A stretch of 64,000 bases of DNA from Candidatus Micrarchaeota archaeon (GCA_043803815.1 JAZDJR010000029.1:11632-75631); one strand, 5' to 3'; shown: positions 1 to 9,538, counted from the stretch's first letter. Translations and numbers: made by a program. Notes: generated from the sequence alone by a model not told the origin.

Positions 1-15
1 TTTTGTCCCGGTTCT

Positions 16-1842
16 TCACGTTTTCGCTTCCAGAATCGCCTTGATTCTTCGGATTCCCGCGGCCGAGTTTTCTTCTTTTAAGATTTTGAAATGCCCGAGT
101 TCTTTGGTATTGGAAACGTGGGGGCCTCCGCAGATTTCCCGCGAAAACACTTCCTTGGTTTTCGGATTCCATACGCTGTACACCTTTACGGTATCGCCGT
201 ATTTTTCTCCGAACTCCGCCATGGCGCCAAGTTCTTTTGCTTTTTCAATCGGCAAAATTTCCATTTTGACTTCAAGGCCGTCCGCGATTTTTTTGTTCAC
301 CAAATCTTCAACCGCTTTGACCTGCTCGAGGGTCATTTTGGACGGATTGGGAAAATCAAATCGCAATCTTTCTTTGGTAATATTGCTTCCCCTTTGGTGT
401 ACGTGTTCTCCCAAAACTTTTCGCAAAGCCGCGTTCAAGAGATGCGTTGCGGTGTGCAGGCGGGTAACTTCGATGGAATGGTCCGCAAGTCCGCCGGAAA
501 ACCGCTGTTCCGCGCCTTTTTGCGAAAGCTTCTGATGTTTCTGTAACCGTTTTTCAAAGTCCTGCGAATCCACTGATAGTCCCTGTTCTTCCGCGATTTC
601 GACGGTCATTTCAAGCGGAAAGCCAAAGGACTGGTACAGGTCAAAAACGATTTTCGAATCCAATCGCTTCAAATTATTTTTTTTGTGCAGTTCAATCTGC
701 TGGTTCAGCAAAGCAGTCCCTTTTTCGAGCGTTTGCCGAAAGCGCGTTTCCTCTTTTTCGAGTTCTTCCAAAACGCGGCCTGAATTCTTTTTAAGTTCGG
801 GATAAATTTTTGCAAAGCGTTTAAGAACGGTTTTGGCTATTGGACAGCAAAAATTGTTTTCGATTCCAAGCATCTTTCCGTGGCGAACCGCGCGGCGGAT
901 TAACCTTCGGAGAACGTATCCCTGGTCGGTGTTCGAGGGCAAAACCGCGTGCTCGTCCCCCAAAATGAACACCACGGAGCGGATGTGGTCTGTTACGATT
1001 CTTTGCGAGCGCAAGGCGGCGGAACCTTTGGTTTTGGAAATTTTTTGCACCATTTCAAAAGTCGGTTTCAAAAGGTCGGTTTCGTACACGGAATCCTTTT
1101 TCTCCAGAATCGCAACCGTGCGTTCCAGTCCCATTCCCGTGTCCACGTTTTTTTGCTTCAACAATTCATACTGTCCACCCGCGTTTTTGTTGTACTGCAT
1201 GAACACGTCGTTCCAGATTTCAACCATTCTTTCCTTGGCGCAAGCGTCCAAAAATTTTTCAGTTGGGGACTTTCCTTTCAATTCTCCAACGTTTTTTCCA
1301 GAATCGTAGAACATTTCCGAATCCGGTCCGCAGGGACCGGTGTGGCCCGCGGGTCCCCACCAGTTGTCGGCCTTGGGCAAAAAATGAATCCGTTCTTTTG
1401 GGATTCCGACCGTTTCCCAAACCTTGGCGCTTTCCAAATCGCGCGGCGCGTCCGAATCCCCCGTAAAACAGGTCACGTGAATCCGGTTCTTGTCAAGGCC
1501 AAGCCATTTTTTGCCAGTCAAAAATTCAAAGCTCATTTCCACGGCTTCTTTTTTGAAATAATCCCCCAAACTCCAGTTCCCCAGCATTTCAAAAAAAGTC
1601 AGGTGCCATTGGTCGCCGACCGACTCGATATCTCCCGTGCGGATGCATTTTTGGAAATTCGCCAGGCACTTTCCGGCCGGATGCGTTTCCCCCATCAGAA
1701 AAGGAATTAACGGATGCATGCCCGCGGTCGTGAACAAAACCGTAGGGTCGTTTTCCGGAATCAAAGACGCGCTTGGAATAATCGCGTGTTTTTTTTCGCG
1801 GAAAAAATCCAGGTATTTTTGCCGCAAATCGTTTGATTGCAT
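16..1842 (-). CDS. alaS: Alanine--tRNA ligase (short form: aminoacylation + editing domains, no C-Ala domain)
   Basis: LFTTAGM, QKCIR, FFEMLGNWS, EIWNDVFMQY, DTGMGLER motifs; editing motifs HTATH and CGGPHV; 608 aa. Confidence 0.97.
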   Translation of the reverse strand: MQSNDLRQKYLDFFREKKHAIIPSASLIPENDPTVLFTTAGMHPLIPFLMGETHPAGKCLANFQKCIRTGDIESVGDQWHLTFFEMLGNWSLGDYFKKEAVEMSFEFLTGKKWLGLDKNRIHVTCFTGDSDAPRDLESAKVWETVGIPKERIHFLPKADNWWGPAGHTGPCGPDSEMFYDSGKNVGELKGKSPTEKFLDACAKERMVEIWNDVFMQYNKNAGGQYELLKQKNVDTGMGLERTVAILEKKDSVYETDLLKPTFEMVQKISKTKGSAALRSQRIVTDHIRSVVFILGDEHAVLPSNTDQGYVLRRLIRRAVRHGKMLGIENNFCCPIAKTVLKRFAKIYPELKKNSGRVLEELEKEETRFRQTLEKGTALLNQQIELHKKNNLKRLDSKIVFDLYQSFGFPLEMTVEIAEEQGLSVDSQDFEKRLQKHQKLSQKGAEQRFSGGLADHSIEVTRLHTATHLLNAALRKVLGEHVHQRGSNITKERLRFDFPNPSKMTLEQVKAVEDLVNKKIADGLEVKMEILPIEKAKELGAMAEFGEKYGDTVKVYSVWNPKTKEVFSREICGGPHVSNTKELGHFKILKEENSAAGIRRIKAILEAKT

Positions 1843-1880
1843 AGGAAAAAAACCTTGAAAATGCCTTAAAAACAGGGGGG

Positions 1881-3566
1881 TTAGTTTTTCTGGATCTCGA
1901 TTTTTTGGACACCGTCAATCTGATTTAAACGGTCCACCAGCTTTTGGATTTTTTGGTTAGAATACGCGGGAATGTTGAACTGCAAAAGGCCCGTCCGGTG
2001 ATTGGAAGGATTGCTTAAAAACGCCGCAAGATTGATTTTTTCTTTGGAAAACGCGCTTGTAGTCTGAAGCAGGCTTCCGATGCGGTCCGAAATCCATACT
2101 TTGACATCCACGCTGCGCTGCTTTTGAAACCGTTTTTTGCTCAAGACCGCCTCGATGTGCTTTTTGGTTGCGATTGTTTTGGCGAGGGAAAGCCATTGAT
2201 GGTTGGCCTGCACGATTTTGGAGGGAACAATTTCGACGATATCGCCCGACGACAAGAGGTGGTGCAATGGAACAAAATGGCCGTTGACTTTGGCGCGCCA
2301 GGTGTGCCTTCCCAAAATGGGGTTGATTTTAAACGCAAAATCAATCGGCGTCGAGCCATACTGCAATTCGATGATGTCTCCTTTCGGAGTGAACACAAAC
2401 ACATTGATGGGCAAAACATCCAATGTCAAAAGCTCCATAAATTCGTCTGTTTCGGAAACAAACTCGGGCAATTTGAACAGCTTGTTCAGTTTTTTGAGCT
2501 GCTTGTTAAAACCGCCGTATGATTTTTTTTCCGAGTCTGTTATCGCGACAAATCCTTTTCTGTTGACTTCGCACATTTTGCGGGTGGCAATATACACTTT
2601 AATTGGCCTGCCGTTTTCGCCAAGAACCGTGGTGTGCAATGCGCGATACAGGTTCATGTTAGGCATGGCAATGTAATCCTTGAACTTGTTGGGAACCGGC
2701 GGATACGCCAGATGAATGTCCCCCAGCATGTCGTAGCATTCGCGGTTGGTATTCACTTCAACGTTTAAAACTGCGCAATCGTACAACTCCGAAATTGGCT
2801 TTCCCGTTCGCTTAAGCTTTGAATAAACCGAAAAAATGCTTTTTTTGTAAACAAAAAAATCGGCCTTGATTTTGGATTTGGAACGCAGGCGACGGATAAC
2901 CTGTTCAATCGAACGAATCACGGGTTTTCGATGCTCTTCGATTTTTTGCCTGAGTTTGGAAAACTTTTTGGGGTCCACAAACCGAAACGCCAAATCCTCC
3001 AGTTCGTGCATGACATCGTGCATGCCGAGCTTGTGCGCCAAAGGAACATATACCTGCAATGTTTCCGCGGCGATTCGAATCCGCTTTTCTTTTGGAAGAT
3101 GCTGCAAGGTGCGCAAATTATGCAGTTTGTCCGCAAGCTTAATCACCATGACGCGCAAATCGTAGGAAGCCGCAAGCATCATTCGCTGAATGTTTTTGGC
3201 ATGCTTAAAACTCTCGTGGCCTTTTCGGCTGACAATATCCAATTTTGTTACCCCCAAAACCAAATCGGTTATGGTCGGCCCGAATTCTTTTTTCAAATCG
3301 CTTTCCGTCACGTTCGTATCTTCAATCACGTCATGCAATAAAGCCGCGGCCACGCAATCCGGGTCTGCGCCCATTTCCGCCAAAATAAAAGCCACATTCG
3401 CGGGATGAATCCAATACGGCTCATCGGATGCGCGTTTTTGATTTCCATGAGCCTTGATTCCAAAAGCAAGCGCTTTGGACACCTTTTCAATGCGGGCTTT
3501 CGGGTGCTTTTTTTTAAGCAATAAAACAAGCTTTTTTTTGAAAAACGACGGCGATGCCTTGGACAT
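1881..3566 (-). CDS. Long RelA/SpoT homologue (HD hydrolase + degenerate synthetase + TGS + ACT-like)
   Basis: HGNQKRASDEPYWIHP, LLHDVIEDT, IKLADKLHNLRTL; KDYIA..YRALHTTV; TGS motif VFTPKGD..TPIDFAF. Confidence 0.92.
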   Translation of the reverse strand: MSKASPSFFKKKLVLLLKKKHPKARIEKVSKALAFGIKAHGNQKRASDEPYWIHPANVAFILAEMGADPDCVAAALLHDVIEDTNVTESDLKKEFGPTITDLVLGVTKLDIVSRKGHESFKHAKNIQRMMLAASYDLRVMVIKLADKLHNLRTLQHLPKEKRIRIAAETLQVYVPLAHKLGMHDVMHELEDLAFRFVDPKKFSKLRQKIEEHRKPVIRSIEQVIRRLRSKSKIKADFFVYKKSIFSVYSKLKRTGKPISELYDCAVLNVEVNTNRECYDMLGDIHLAYPPVPNKFKDYIAMPNMNLYRALHTTVLGENGRPIKVYIATRKMCEVNRKGFVAITDSEKKSYGGFNKQLKKLNKLFKLPEFVSETDEFMELLTLDVLPINVFVFTPKGDIIELQYGSTPIDFAFKINPILGRHTWRAKVNGHFVPLHHLLSSGDIVEIVPSKIVQANHQWLSLAKTIATKKHIEAVLSKKRFQKQRSVDVKVWISDRIGSLLQTTSAFSKEKINLAAFLSNPSNHRTGLLQFNIPAYSNQKIQKLVDRLNQIDGVQKIEIQKN

Positions 3567-3637
3567 TATTATTTCATTGTCGGAATCTGTATTTATTCAT
3601 TTGCCAAAAAACGCGGTTTAATCGTGCGAATCGGGTT

Positions 3638-3664
3638 TTACATTTCTTCCAAAACCAAAAAATC
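3638..3664 (-). repeat. Displaced copy of the argS 3' end (reads DFLVLEEM*)
   Basis: ttacatttcttccaaaac at 3638-3655 is identical to 6335-6352, the last codons and stop of argS. Confidence 0.85.
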
Positions 3665-3693
3665 CGGTTGCCAAACGGTCTAAACCGCGCTAA

Positions 3694-3757
3694 AATTATA
3701 CCCGATTCAGCCCGCGAAGCTCCGTGGTGAGGGAACCGGCGGGAGTAGCGGACGGTT
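3694..3757. repeat. GC-rich imperfect repeat, copy 1 (copy 2 at 4905-4950)
   Basis: aattatac..cagcccg..ggcgggagtagcggacggtt versus aattatac..cagcccg..ggcggaagtacggacggtt. Confidence 0.7.
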
Positions 3758-3767
3758 CCTATTTTTT

Positions 3768-4421
3768 TTATTCCGATAATTTTGCGTTTTGGTCTCCGAC
3801 AACGACTTGGTTAATTTTGTTCCAATAAAGCAAGGGCAAAATATATTCCGCTTCGGGGGGTGCCGCGCTTCCCAAAAACTTTTTGATTTCCTCGTCAAAA
3901 ACCGCTTTTGAACGCTGGTTCGCTTCCAAAGCAGTATTCCCGCTTAACAAGGAATGAATCACCTGGTTGGATGCCTTAAAAAACGGCCTTGCAAACTTGT
4001 CATTTAACGGAATCGCACTATTGGCGTGGTCAATCCAAAACGCAAAATCGTCCTCATAACCGATAAAAGCGCGACATCCGTTTTGAACGGCGCTCGGCCC
4101 AAGACCGTCCGCGGACCGGCACGAACGCGAAAAAACAATTTTGTTTTTTAATAATCCGTCGTTTCGGTCTTTTTCAACCAACACTTCATTATTATGCCCA
4201 AAAACCGCGTTTTCGCTTCCGTGACCATTGAACAGCACCAGTTCGGGCAAATGGTTTTTCAGCATAGCTTCAACGGTTTTAGCGCTGGCTTTTTCGCGAT
4301 GGCAATCTAATACTTGAAACCCTTTTTGTACGGCTTTGTCCAGCAGTTCTTTGGACCAAACCGACAAATAAAAAACCGTATCCTCGTGTTCGGGACGCGA
4401 AACCAAAAAATGCATAATCAC
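3768..4421 (-). CDS. Hypothetical protein, putative clan CD (caspase/CHAT/gingipain-like) cysteine protease fold
   Basis: 217 aa; LVLFNGHG and IVFSRSC resemble the His-Gly / Ser-Cys catalytic strands. Confidence 0.55.
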   Translation of the reverse strand: MIMHFLVSRPEHEDTVFYLSVWSKELLDKAVQKGFQVLDCHREKASAKTVEAMLKNHLPELVLFNGHGSENAVFGHNNEVLVEKDRNDGLLKNKIVFSRSCRSADGLGPSAVQNGCRAFIGYEDDFAFWIDHANSAIPLNDKFARPFFKASNQVIHSLLSGNTALEANQRSKAVFDEEIKKFLGSAAPPEAEYILPLLYWNKINQVVVGDQNAKLSE

Positions 4422-4618
4422 GAATACTCTTTTGCCAAATTCCGAAGGTACGCCATTTGAATCTCGACAAACTTTTCGCCTAACGCGCTTCCTTTTTTTA
4501 TTCCATCCAGTAACTCTTCCTTTGAAACCGCGCCGCGGCTTCCCAGCGACAATTTCATGTTGGAAGGCATGGTTTGCAATCGCGCCAGCACCAGTTTTTT
4601 TTCCTCTTCACTGCTCAT
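4418..4618 (-). CDS. Small hypothetical protein
   Basis: 66 aa; ORF overlaps the downstream ORF by 4 bp. Confidence 0.75.
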   Translation of the reverse strand: MSSEEEKKLVLARLQTMPSNMKLSLGSRGAVSKEELLDGIKKGSALGEKFVEIQMAYLRNLAKEYS

Positions 4619-4627
4619 AACTTTTAC

Positions 4628-4813
4628 CTACAGAATTTTGAGTTCTTCCAATTTTTTCAAAATTTCGCCGCCTTTTTTTGTCCCAGCATTGATTTCCAAA
4701 AACGCGACATTCCACGAAACCGGCTCGTTTCCCAAAACCAAAATAACCTCTTTTCGAATATTAAGCGGCAAATTCGCATACAACCCCAAAAAACGCGCCT
4801 TCAAATCAACCAT
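4628..4813 (-). CDS. Small hypothetical protein
   Basis: 61 aa; first gene of a tight three-gene unit. Confidence 0.75.
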   Translation of the reverse strand: MVDLKARFLGLYANLPLNIRKEVILVLGNEPVSWNVAFLEINAGTKKGGEILKKLEELKIL

Positions 4814-4904
4814 ACCAATCTTAATGCAAAATCCAATATTTTAAACTATTCAAACCCGAAAAACCTTAAAAACCGGTTCAGGCCCGATTGCCGGTGAAAA
4901 AACC

Positions 4905-4950
4905 AATTATACGAAAAACAGCCCGTGTTGCGGCGGAAGTACGGACGGTT
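4905..4950. repeat. GC-rich imperfect repeat, copy 2
   Basis: Matches 3694-3757. Confidence 0.7.
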
Positions 4951-4989
4951 GATTAACCGAAAAAAATCGGAAACCAAACTGCTGTTGAA

Positions 4990-6177
4990 TCAGTTTTCTT
5001 TTTCGCCGAGCAATAGTTTTCTTCCCCATTCGGGTAATGATTGGTTTGAGTCGTGTTCATTCAGGAGTCTCTGACCGAGTGGTGTTAGTTTGGCTACTGT
5101 GGTGTCGCGTGCGCCGCCGTGGCGTTTTGTCATTCCGCTGATTCTTTCTGTATGGATTTGCAGCAGGCCCTTTTCTTGCAGTTCCTTAAATGCGGGGTCA
5201 AGTGTTTTATGGTCATAGTGGGATTCGGGGTTTCCTGAATGATAACTTTTTCCACCCTTTTTAACAGTGAATTGTTTGTATAGTTGAGCGGCATGTTTTT
5301 CGCCGGTTCTTAAATTTGTCAGAATATACCATGCCGCGTTTGGGTAGTCCATGCGGGGATTTTTGTGTGCGGCGTGAGTCCAAACGCTGATAGCTCCGCC
5401 TTTTGGCCCGATAGATAGAGGCATTTTTTTTACTAAACCTGCAGTTTCCAATAATTGCAATGTCACATTAATGACGTTTTTGTGTTTTACATCTTCCCAG
5501 TTTAACCCAAGTTTTTTTACTAACTGCAAGCTGGTCATGGAAAATGGCACAAAGTGGTCTGTTTCCGGTTCCCAAACGGCGGATTCGAATAGCGTTCTTT
5601 CTAATTCGGGTAACAATAACTGCTTGTTGGGTAAGCGGAATTTGATTGCTTTGTAGACATCGGTTGGGTGACCAATAAGGGACATGATTCTTTTGGAATA
5701 ATGATTTTGGAGCAGTATCCTGCTGTATTGCCGCAGTTTTTCAGAACTCAATCCAGCTTCGAGAAGAATGGGGGCGAGTACATGGAATACGTGGGGGTCC
5801 CGTCCGCCTAATGCCTTTCTCAGGGTAATGCTAGTTTGTAGAACCTCTGCCTTAGCTTCCAAGCGTTGCAATTTTTTAGGCGAAGCGCGGGCACCTGAAC
5901 TCATTTCAGCCAAGACTTTTTCTAATGCCCGTTCTTCCAATGGCGTTTCCGGAACGCTGCCGACTTGGTGCAATCTAATTCGGGGTCCAAAACGAGTTCG
6001 TCTCGTAACAATTTTTGCCAAGCGCTCTTCAGGACCCGCTAACCGGACAAAATCAGGTCTTACTGAACCCTTGCCTTTCCGCCAGTCTCTTACTTGCCAG
6101 TGTTCAGCCTGTGATAAGGGGCGGGTTGGAACCCATTTTCGTTTGACTTTGCCCACAATCGGTCTTGTCGAAACCAT
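4990..6177 (-). CDS. Hypothetical basic protein, possibly with winged-helix repeats
   Basis: 395 aa ORF; wHTH-like endings LQLLETAGLVKK and FKELQEKGLLQI..AKLTPLG. Confidence 0.7.
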   Translation of the reverse strand: MVSTRPIVGKVKRKWVPTRPLSQAEHWQVRDWRKGKGSVRPDFVRLAGPEERLAKIVTRRTRFGPRIRLHQVGSVPETPLEERALEKVLAEMSSGARASPKKLQRLEAKAEVLQTSITLRKALGGRDPHVFHVLAPILLEAGLSSEKLRQYSRILLQNHYSKRIMSLIGHPTDVYKAIKFRLPNKQLLLPELERTLFESAVWEPETDHFVPFSMTSLQLVKKLGLNWEDVKHKNVINVTLQLLETAGLVKKMPLSIGPKGGAISVWTHAAHKNPRMDYPNAAWYILTNLRTGEKHAAQLYKQFTVKKGGKSYHSGNPESHYDHKTLDPAFKELQEKGLLQIHTERISGMTKRHGGARDTTVAKLTPLGQRLLNEHDSNQSLPEWGRKLLLGEKEN

Positions 6178-6260
6178 ACAAATAGAAGTAGCGCCTTTCC
6201 GGTTATTTTACCCTTTGCTTTTCCAAATTCCACCAAAAAAATAGAGTAATCCATGAGCCA

Positions 6261-6287
6261 AACTATCCGTCTCGTCGGCCTGCGGCG
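6261..6287. repeat. Dispersed 27-bp repeat, copy 1 (copy 2 at 13940-13966)
   Basis: aactatccgtctcgtcggcctgcggcg versus aaccattcgtctcgtcggcctgcggcg, 25/27 identical. Confidence 0.85.
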
Positions 6288-6334
6288 GCTGCTTTTGGTA
6301 TAACTTGTCAGCAATTGGGCTTCAAAAATTCGGC

Positions 6335-8062
6335 TTACATTTCTTCCAAAACGGCAATATCCAATAGTTCCAGTCCGTTGCAAAGCGCGATTCCGACGCT
6401 TTCCACCAAAGCCAGACGGCTCGCCGATAAGGCGGGATTTTTCTCGTCCAACACGGCCAATTCGTGATAAAACGAATTAAACGCTCCGGACAACTCAAGC
6501 AAAAACTGGCACAAAGAATGCGGGGACAGGCTTTTTCCGACCTGCTGAACGACCAAAGGAAAACGGCCCACCAAGGAAACCAATCTCTTTTCCGTTTCGG
6601 TTGAAAGCAATCCAAAATCGGGCTTGGCTTTTAATTTTCCCGCTTTTCTCAAAATGCTTTTGGAACGCGCGTACGCGTACAAAATGTACGGCCCGGTTTC
6701 GCCTTCAAAAGAAATGCTTTCTTCAGGATTAAACGTGAACTCTTTTTTGGCGTCCACTTTCAGCATAAAAAACTTGATGGCCGCCAAGGCAATCGAATTT
6801 GCGCGCTTTTCCACTTCCGCTTCGGATAATTTGTCGTACCGCTTTTCGATTTCTTTTTTTGCCACGGCTTTTACTTCGCTTAGCAAATCGTCCGCATCCA
6901 CAACGGTTCCTTCGCGGCTCTTCATGCGGCCCGAAGGCAACTGCACCAATCCATAGCTCACGTGGCGGCATTTTCCGGACCAAGGTGCTTGCAGCAATTC
7001 GAAAATCTTGAACAATTGCCGGAAATAAAGGTCTTGTTCGGACGCGACCACCCACAACGCTTCGTCGAAATGAAAATCCCTGTACTTTTGCTTGGTCAAG
7101 GCCAAATCCTGCGTCACATAAATGCTCGTTCCGTCCTGGCGGATTACGGTTTTGTTCGGCAAGCCGTATTCTTCAAGCAGGGCAAATACCGAACCGTCGT
7201 CGCGTTTTTCAAAAACCCCTTTTTTCAGGCCCAGTTCGACCAAAGCATCGGCCTTGTCGTAAATTTCGGATTCCAGATACCACTTTTCAAATTCGATTCC
7301 GTACGCTTCGTACGTTTGCTTCATTCCTTCAATCGCCCAGGCGTTCATTTTTTTCCAGAGTTCGCGGACTTTTTTGTCGCCTTTTTCCCACTGCAAAAGC
7401 ATTTCCTGCACTTCTTTTTCCAATTCCGGATTCGTCTTGGCCTCGTTCGCAAACTGAACATATAAATCCCCCAAAAAATGGTCGGATTTTTGGCCAAGCG
7501 CTTTTGGGGTTTTGTTTTCTCCCCATTTTTGGTAAGCCAGCATGGTTTTGCAGATATGCACGCCGCGGTCGTTCAACAAATTCGCGGGAATTACTTTGGA
7601 GCCGTTGGCCCGTAAAACCGCGGTCAAGCTCATGCCCAGACTGTTGTTGCGCACATGGCCGATGTGCAAGGGCTTGTTCGTGTTCGGAGCCGAAAACTCG
7701 ATTAGGATTTTTTTGTTTTTCTGCGAATCGTTTTTCCCGAACGATTTTTTTTGCTTTAACACTTCGGCCAGCACGGATTCCGCCAGGTTTTTTTTTGCGA
7801 TAAAAAAATTCAAATATCCGCCGGCGGCCTCGATTTTTTCAAACTCCAACAACTTTTTTTTATTCAAGGCTGTTACCAAGTCGCCTGCAATTTGGTTCGG
7901 GTTCTTTTTCAAGGTTTTGGCGAGGCGAAAACACGGCAAGGACCAGTCCCCCATTTCGGGTTTTGGGGGCCGCTCCAAAAACAAAGACAATTCGTTCAAG
8001 GATACTCCCTGCGTTTTGAGTTCAGAAAAAAGAATTTCCGCGGCTTTTTGCTTGAAATCCAT
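6335..8062 (-). CDS. argS: Arginine--tRNA ligase
   Basis: EFSAPNTNKPLHIGHVRN (HIGH), RMKSREG (KMSKS-like), GETGPYILYAYAR. Confidence 0.97.
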   Translation of the reverse strand: MDFKQKAAEILFSELKTQGVSLNELSLFLERPPKPEMGDWSLPCFRLAKTLKKNPNQIAGDLVTALNKKKLLEFEKIEAAGGYLNFFIAKKNLAESVLAEVLKQKKSFGKNDSQKNKKILIEFSAPNTNKPLHIGHVRNNSLGMSLTAVLRANGSKVIPANLLNDRGVHICKTMLAYQKWGENKTPKALGQKSDHFLGDLYVQFANEAKTNPELEKEVQEMLLQWEKGDKKVRELWKKMNAWAIEGMKQTYEAYGIEFEKWYLESEIYDKADALVELGLKKGVFEKRDDGSVFALLEEYGLPNKTVIRQDGTSIYVTQDLALTKQKYRDFHFDEALWVVASEQDLYFRQLFKIFELLQAPWSGKCRHVSYGLVQLPSGRMKSREGTVVDADDLLSEVKAVAKKEIEKRYDKLSEAEVEKRANSIALAAIKFFMLKVDAKKEFTFNPEESISFEGETGPYILYAYARSKSILRKAGKLKAKPDFGLLSTETEKRLVSLVGRFPLVVQQVGKSLSPHSLCQFLLELSGAFNSFYHELAVLDEKNPALSASRLALVESVGIALCNGLELLDIAVLEEM

Positions 8063-8123
8063 GCTTTATTTACGATATAACTGCTTAAAAAATCTGTTTT
8101 GTTCCAATTGATTATGCAACCAA

Positions 8124-8252
8124 GGACCTGTAGCCTAGCCTGGATAGGGCACCTGCCTTCTAAGGCTTTTTCTTCAAAAGAAAAACCCTGGAAAAAGAAC
8201 AGGGAACGTCAAGGCGAGCAGGGGGTCGTGGGTTCAAATCCCACCAGGTCCG
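8124..8252 (+). tRNA. tRNA-Arg(TCT) with 54-nt intron at 37/38 (8163-8216)
   Basis: Acceptor stem ggacctg/caggtcc, anticodon stem cctgc/gcagg, anticodon TCT at 8159-8161, T-arm GGTTCAAATCC. Confidence 0.93.
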
Positions 8253-8313
8253 CTTTATTTTTCCACTAGTGCTGGTGAGCTGGCTGATTAAATTAGGAAA
8301 GCTTTGAAAAAAT

Positions 8314-8358
8314 AAAAAAAGGGGAAACCGTTTTTTGGTTTCCCCCCTCCTTTTTTTT
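8314..8358. terminator. Possible bidirectional hairpin terminator between convergent tRNA-Arg and ORF 8372-9538
   Basis: 9-bp stem ggggaaacc/ggtttcccc flanked by an A-run and a T-run. Confidence 0.6.
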
Positions 8359-8371
8359 GTTGGAGTTTTTT

Positions 8372-9538
8372 TTAGGAGGATTGGTTTTCTATATACAGCG
8401 AATCTATGAGAGTCAAGGGCTGCGAAGCCGAAGAGGAGGTTTCGAGCTCCGCTTGGGTTACCGTTCCCTCGACCGTGCTGGTTGGAGTGAACCAGTTTAG
8501 GATGGGTGTCTTGTTGGGAACCTGGTATTTCACGGTGTAACCCACGCTTCCGTCCGCGTTCACCTTGGGATTGATTTCAAGTTCGTTTCCAAGATTGGAC
8601 TTGGTGGCCCAGTCGATTCCCTGGTTTTTTACCATCTTATTGAAAACCGCGTCCCGGATTTTTTCCACGGGAACGAATGATTTTTCCTGGGTACTCGTGT
8701 TTTTGACCATGGGCAATCCATTTTCAACCCCGATTTCGGTGTTGGTTGTGAATGGCTGGACCATGATTCTGGCCTGGTTCGTGACCACGGTGTCCGCTGA
8801 AACCGATTGGATGGCAATATTGCTTCCGCCGGTTACGGTTGGAGGGATTACTCCTGGGTTGCTCGGGGTTGTTGAAATACCTTGGCTTGAGGTCGTTGGA
8901 ATTGGCATTGGAAGCGCTTGGGGCGTTAATGCCAAGAGTTTTTCAAGGCGGCTAACCCGGTTTTCCAGAAAATTGGTTCGCTGTTCCAAATAATCTAGGC
9001 GCTCCACGAGTTTCGTGACGAGCTGCCTTAACCCCTCGCTATCGAGGTTCATGTTGCTGGGAATTTTTCGGAGAACCGCGGCTGTAGAGGTCGTGGATTG
9101 GACCTGTTCGGTTGTTGCGGAATTTCCGGCCTGGCATTCGTTGTATACTTTGATGGATGCCAGGTGATTGCCTCCGCATTCCTTGCTTCCGGTTGGGTTT
9201 TGCGCGCAGAAATTGCTGCAGGCTTCTTCGCCGTACTGTTTCCACAATTTCGTGGGCTTGCACGAGGATTCACTGCCGTCTTTTATAGCATCGCCGCTAG
9301 CGCAAATGTAATAGGCATAGCGGAAATTGCCGGGCAGGATTTGTTCGGTACCGGCGCCGTCGGTTTGCCCGCTTCCCGTTGCAATGGGGACGGCTATTCC
9401 GCCTCCCCCGCCTTGGGCGGTTTCGGGTGCATTATTGCCGGCCGCGCTGTTTGCGTTAGGACTGTCGGCAAAGGCAGCGATTCCAAGAGCTACCAGGCAA
9501 ACAAGGATTGCCAGTGCTCCAAAAAGGTTTTTTTTCAT
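8372..9538 (-). CDS. Secreted/surface hypothetical protein
   Basis: N-terminal signal peptide, Cys-rich domain, coiled coil, Thr/Ser/Pro linker; ggaggtg RBS. Confidence 0.8.
   Translation of the reverse strand: MKKNLFGALAILVCLVALGIAAFADSPNANSAAGNNAPETAQGGGGGIAVPIATGSGQTDGAGTEQILPGNFRYAYYICASGDAIKDGSESSCKPTKLWKQYGEEACSNFCAQNPTGSKECGGNHLASIKVYNECQAGNSATTEQVQSTTSTAAVLRKIPSNMNLDSEGLRQLVTKLVERLDYLEQRTNFLENRVSRLEKLLALTPQALPMPIPTTSSQGISTTPSNPGVIPPTVTGGSNIAIQSVSADTVVTNQARIMVQPFTTNTEIGVENGLPMVKNTSTQEKSFVPVEKIRDAVFNKMVKNQGIDWATKSNLGNELEINPKVNADGSVGYTVKYQVPNKTPILNWFTPTSTVEGTVTQAELETSSSASQPLTLIDSLYIENQSS

Larger units (their letters stand above)
3638..6352. mobile_element. ~2.7 kb islet inserted at the argS 3' end
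   Basis: Bounded by an 18-bp direct repeat of the argS terminus; holds four accessory ORFs and internal repeats; no recombinase inside. Confidence 0.6.
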
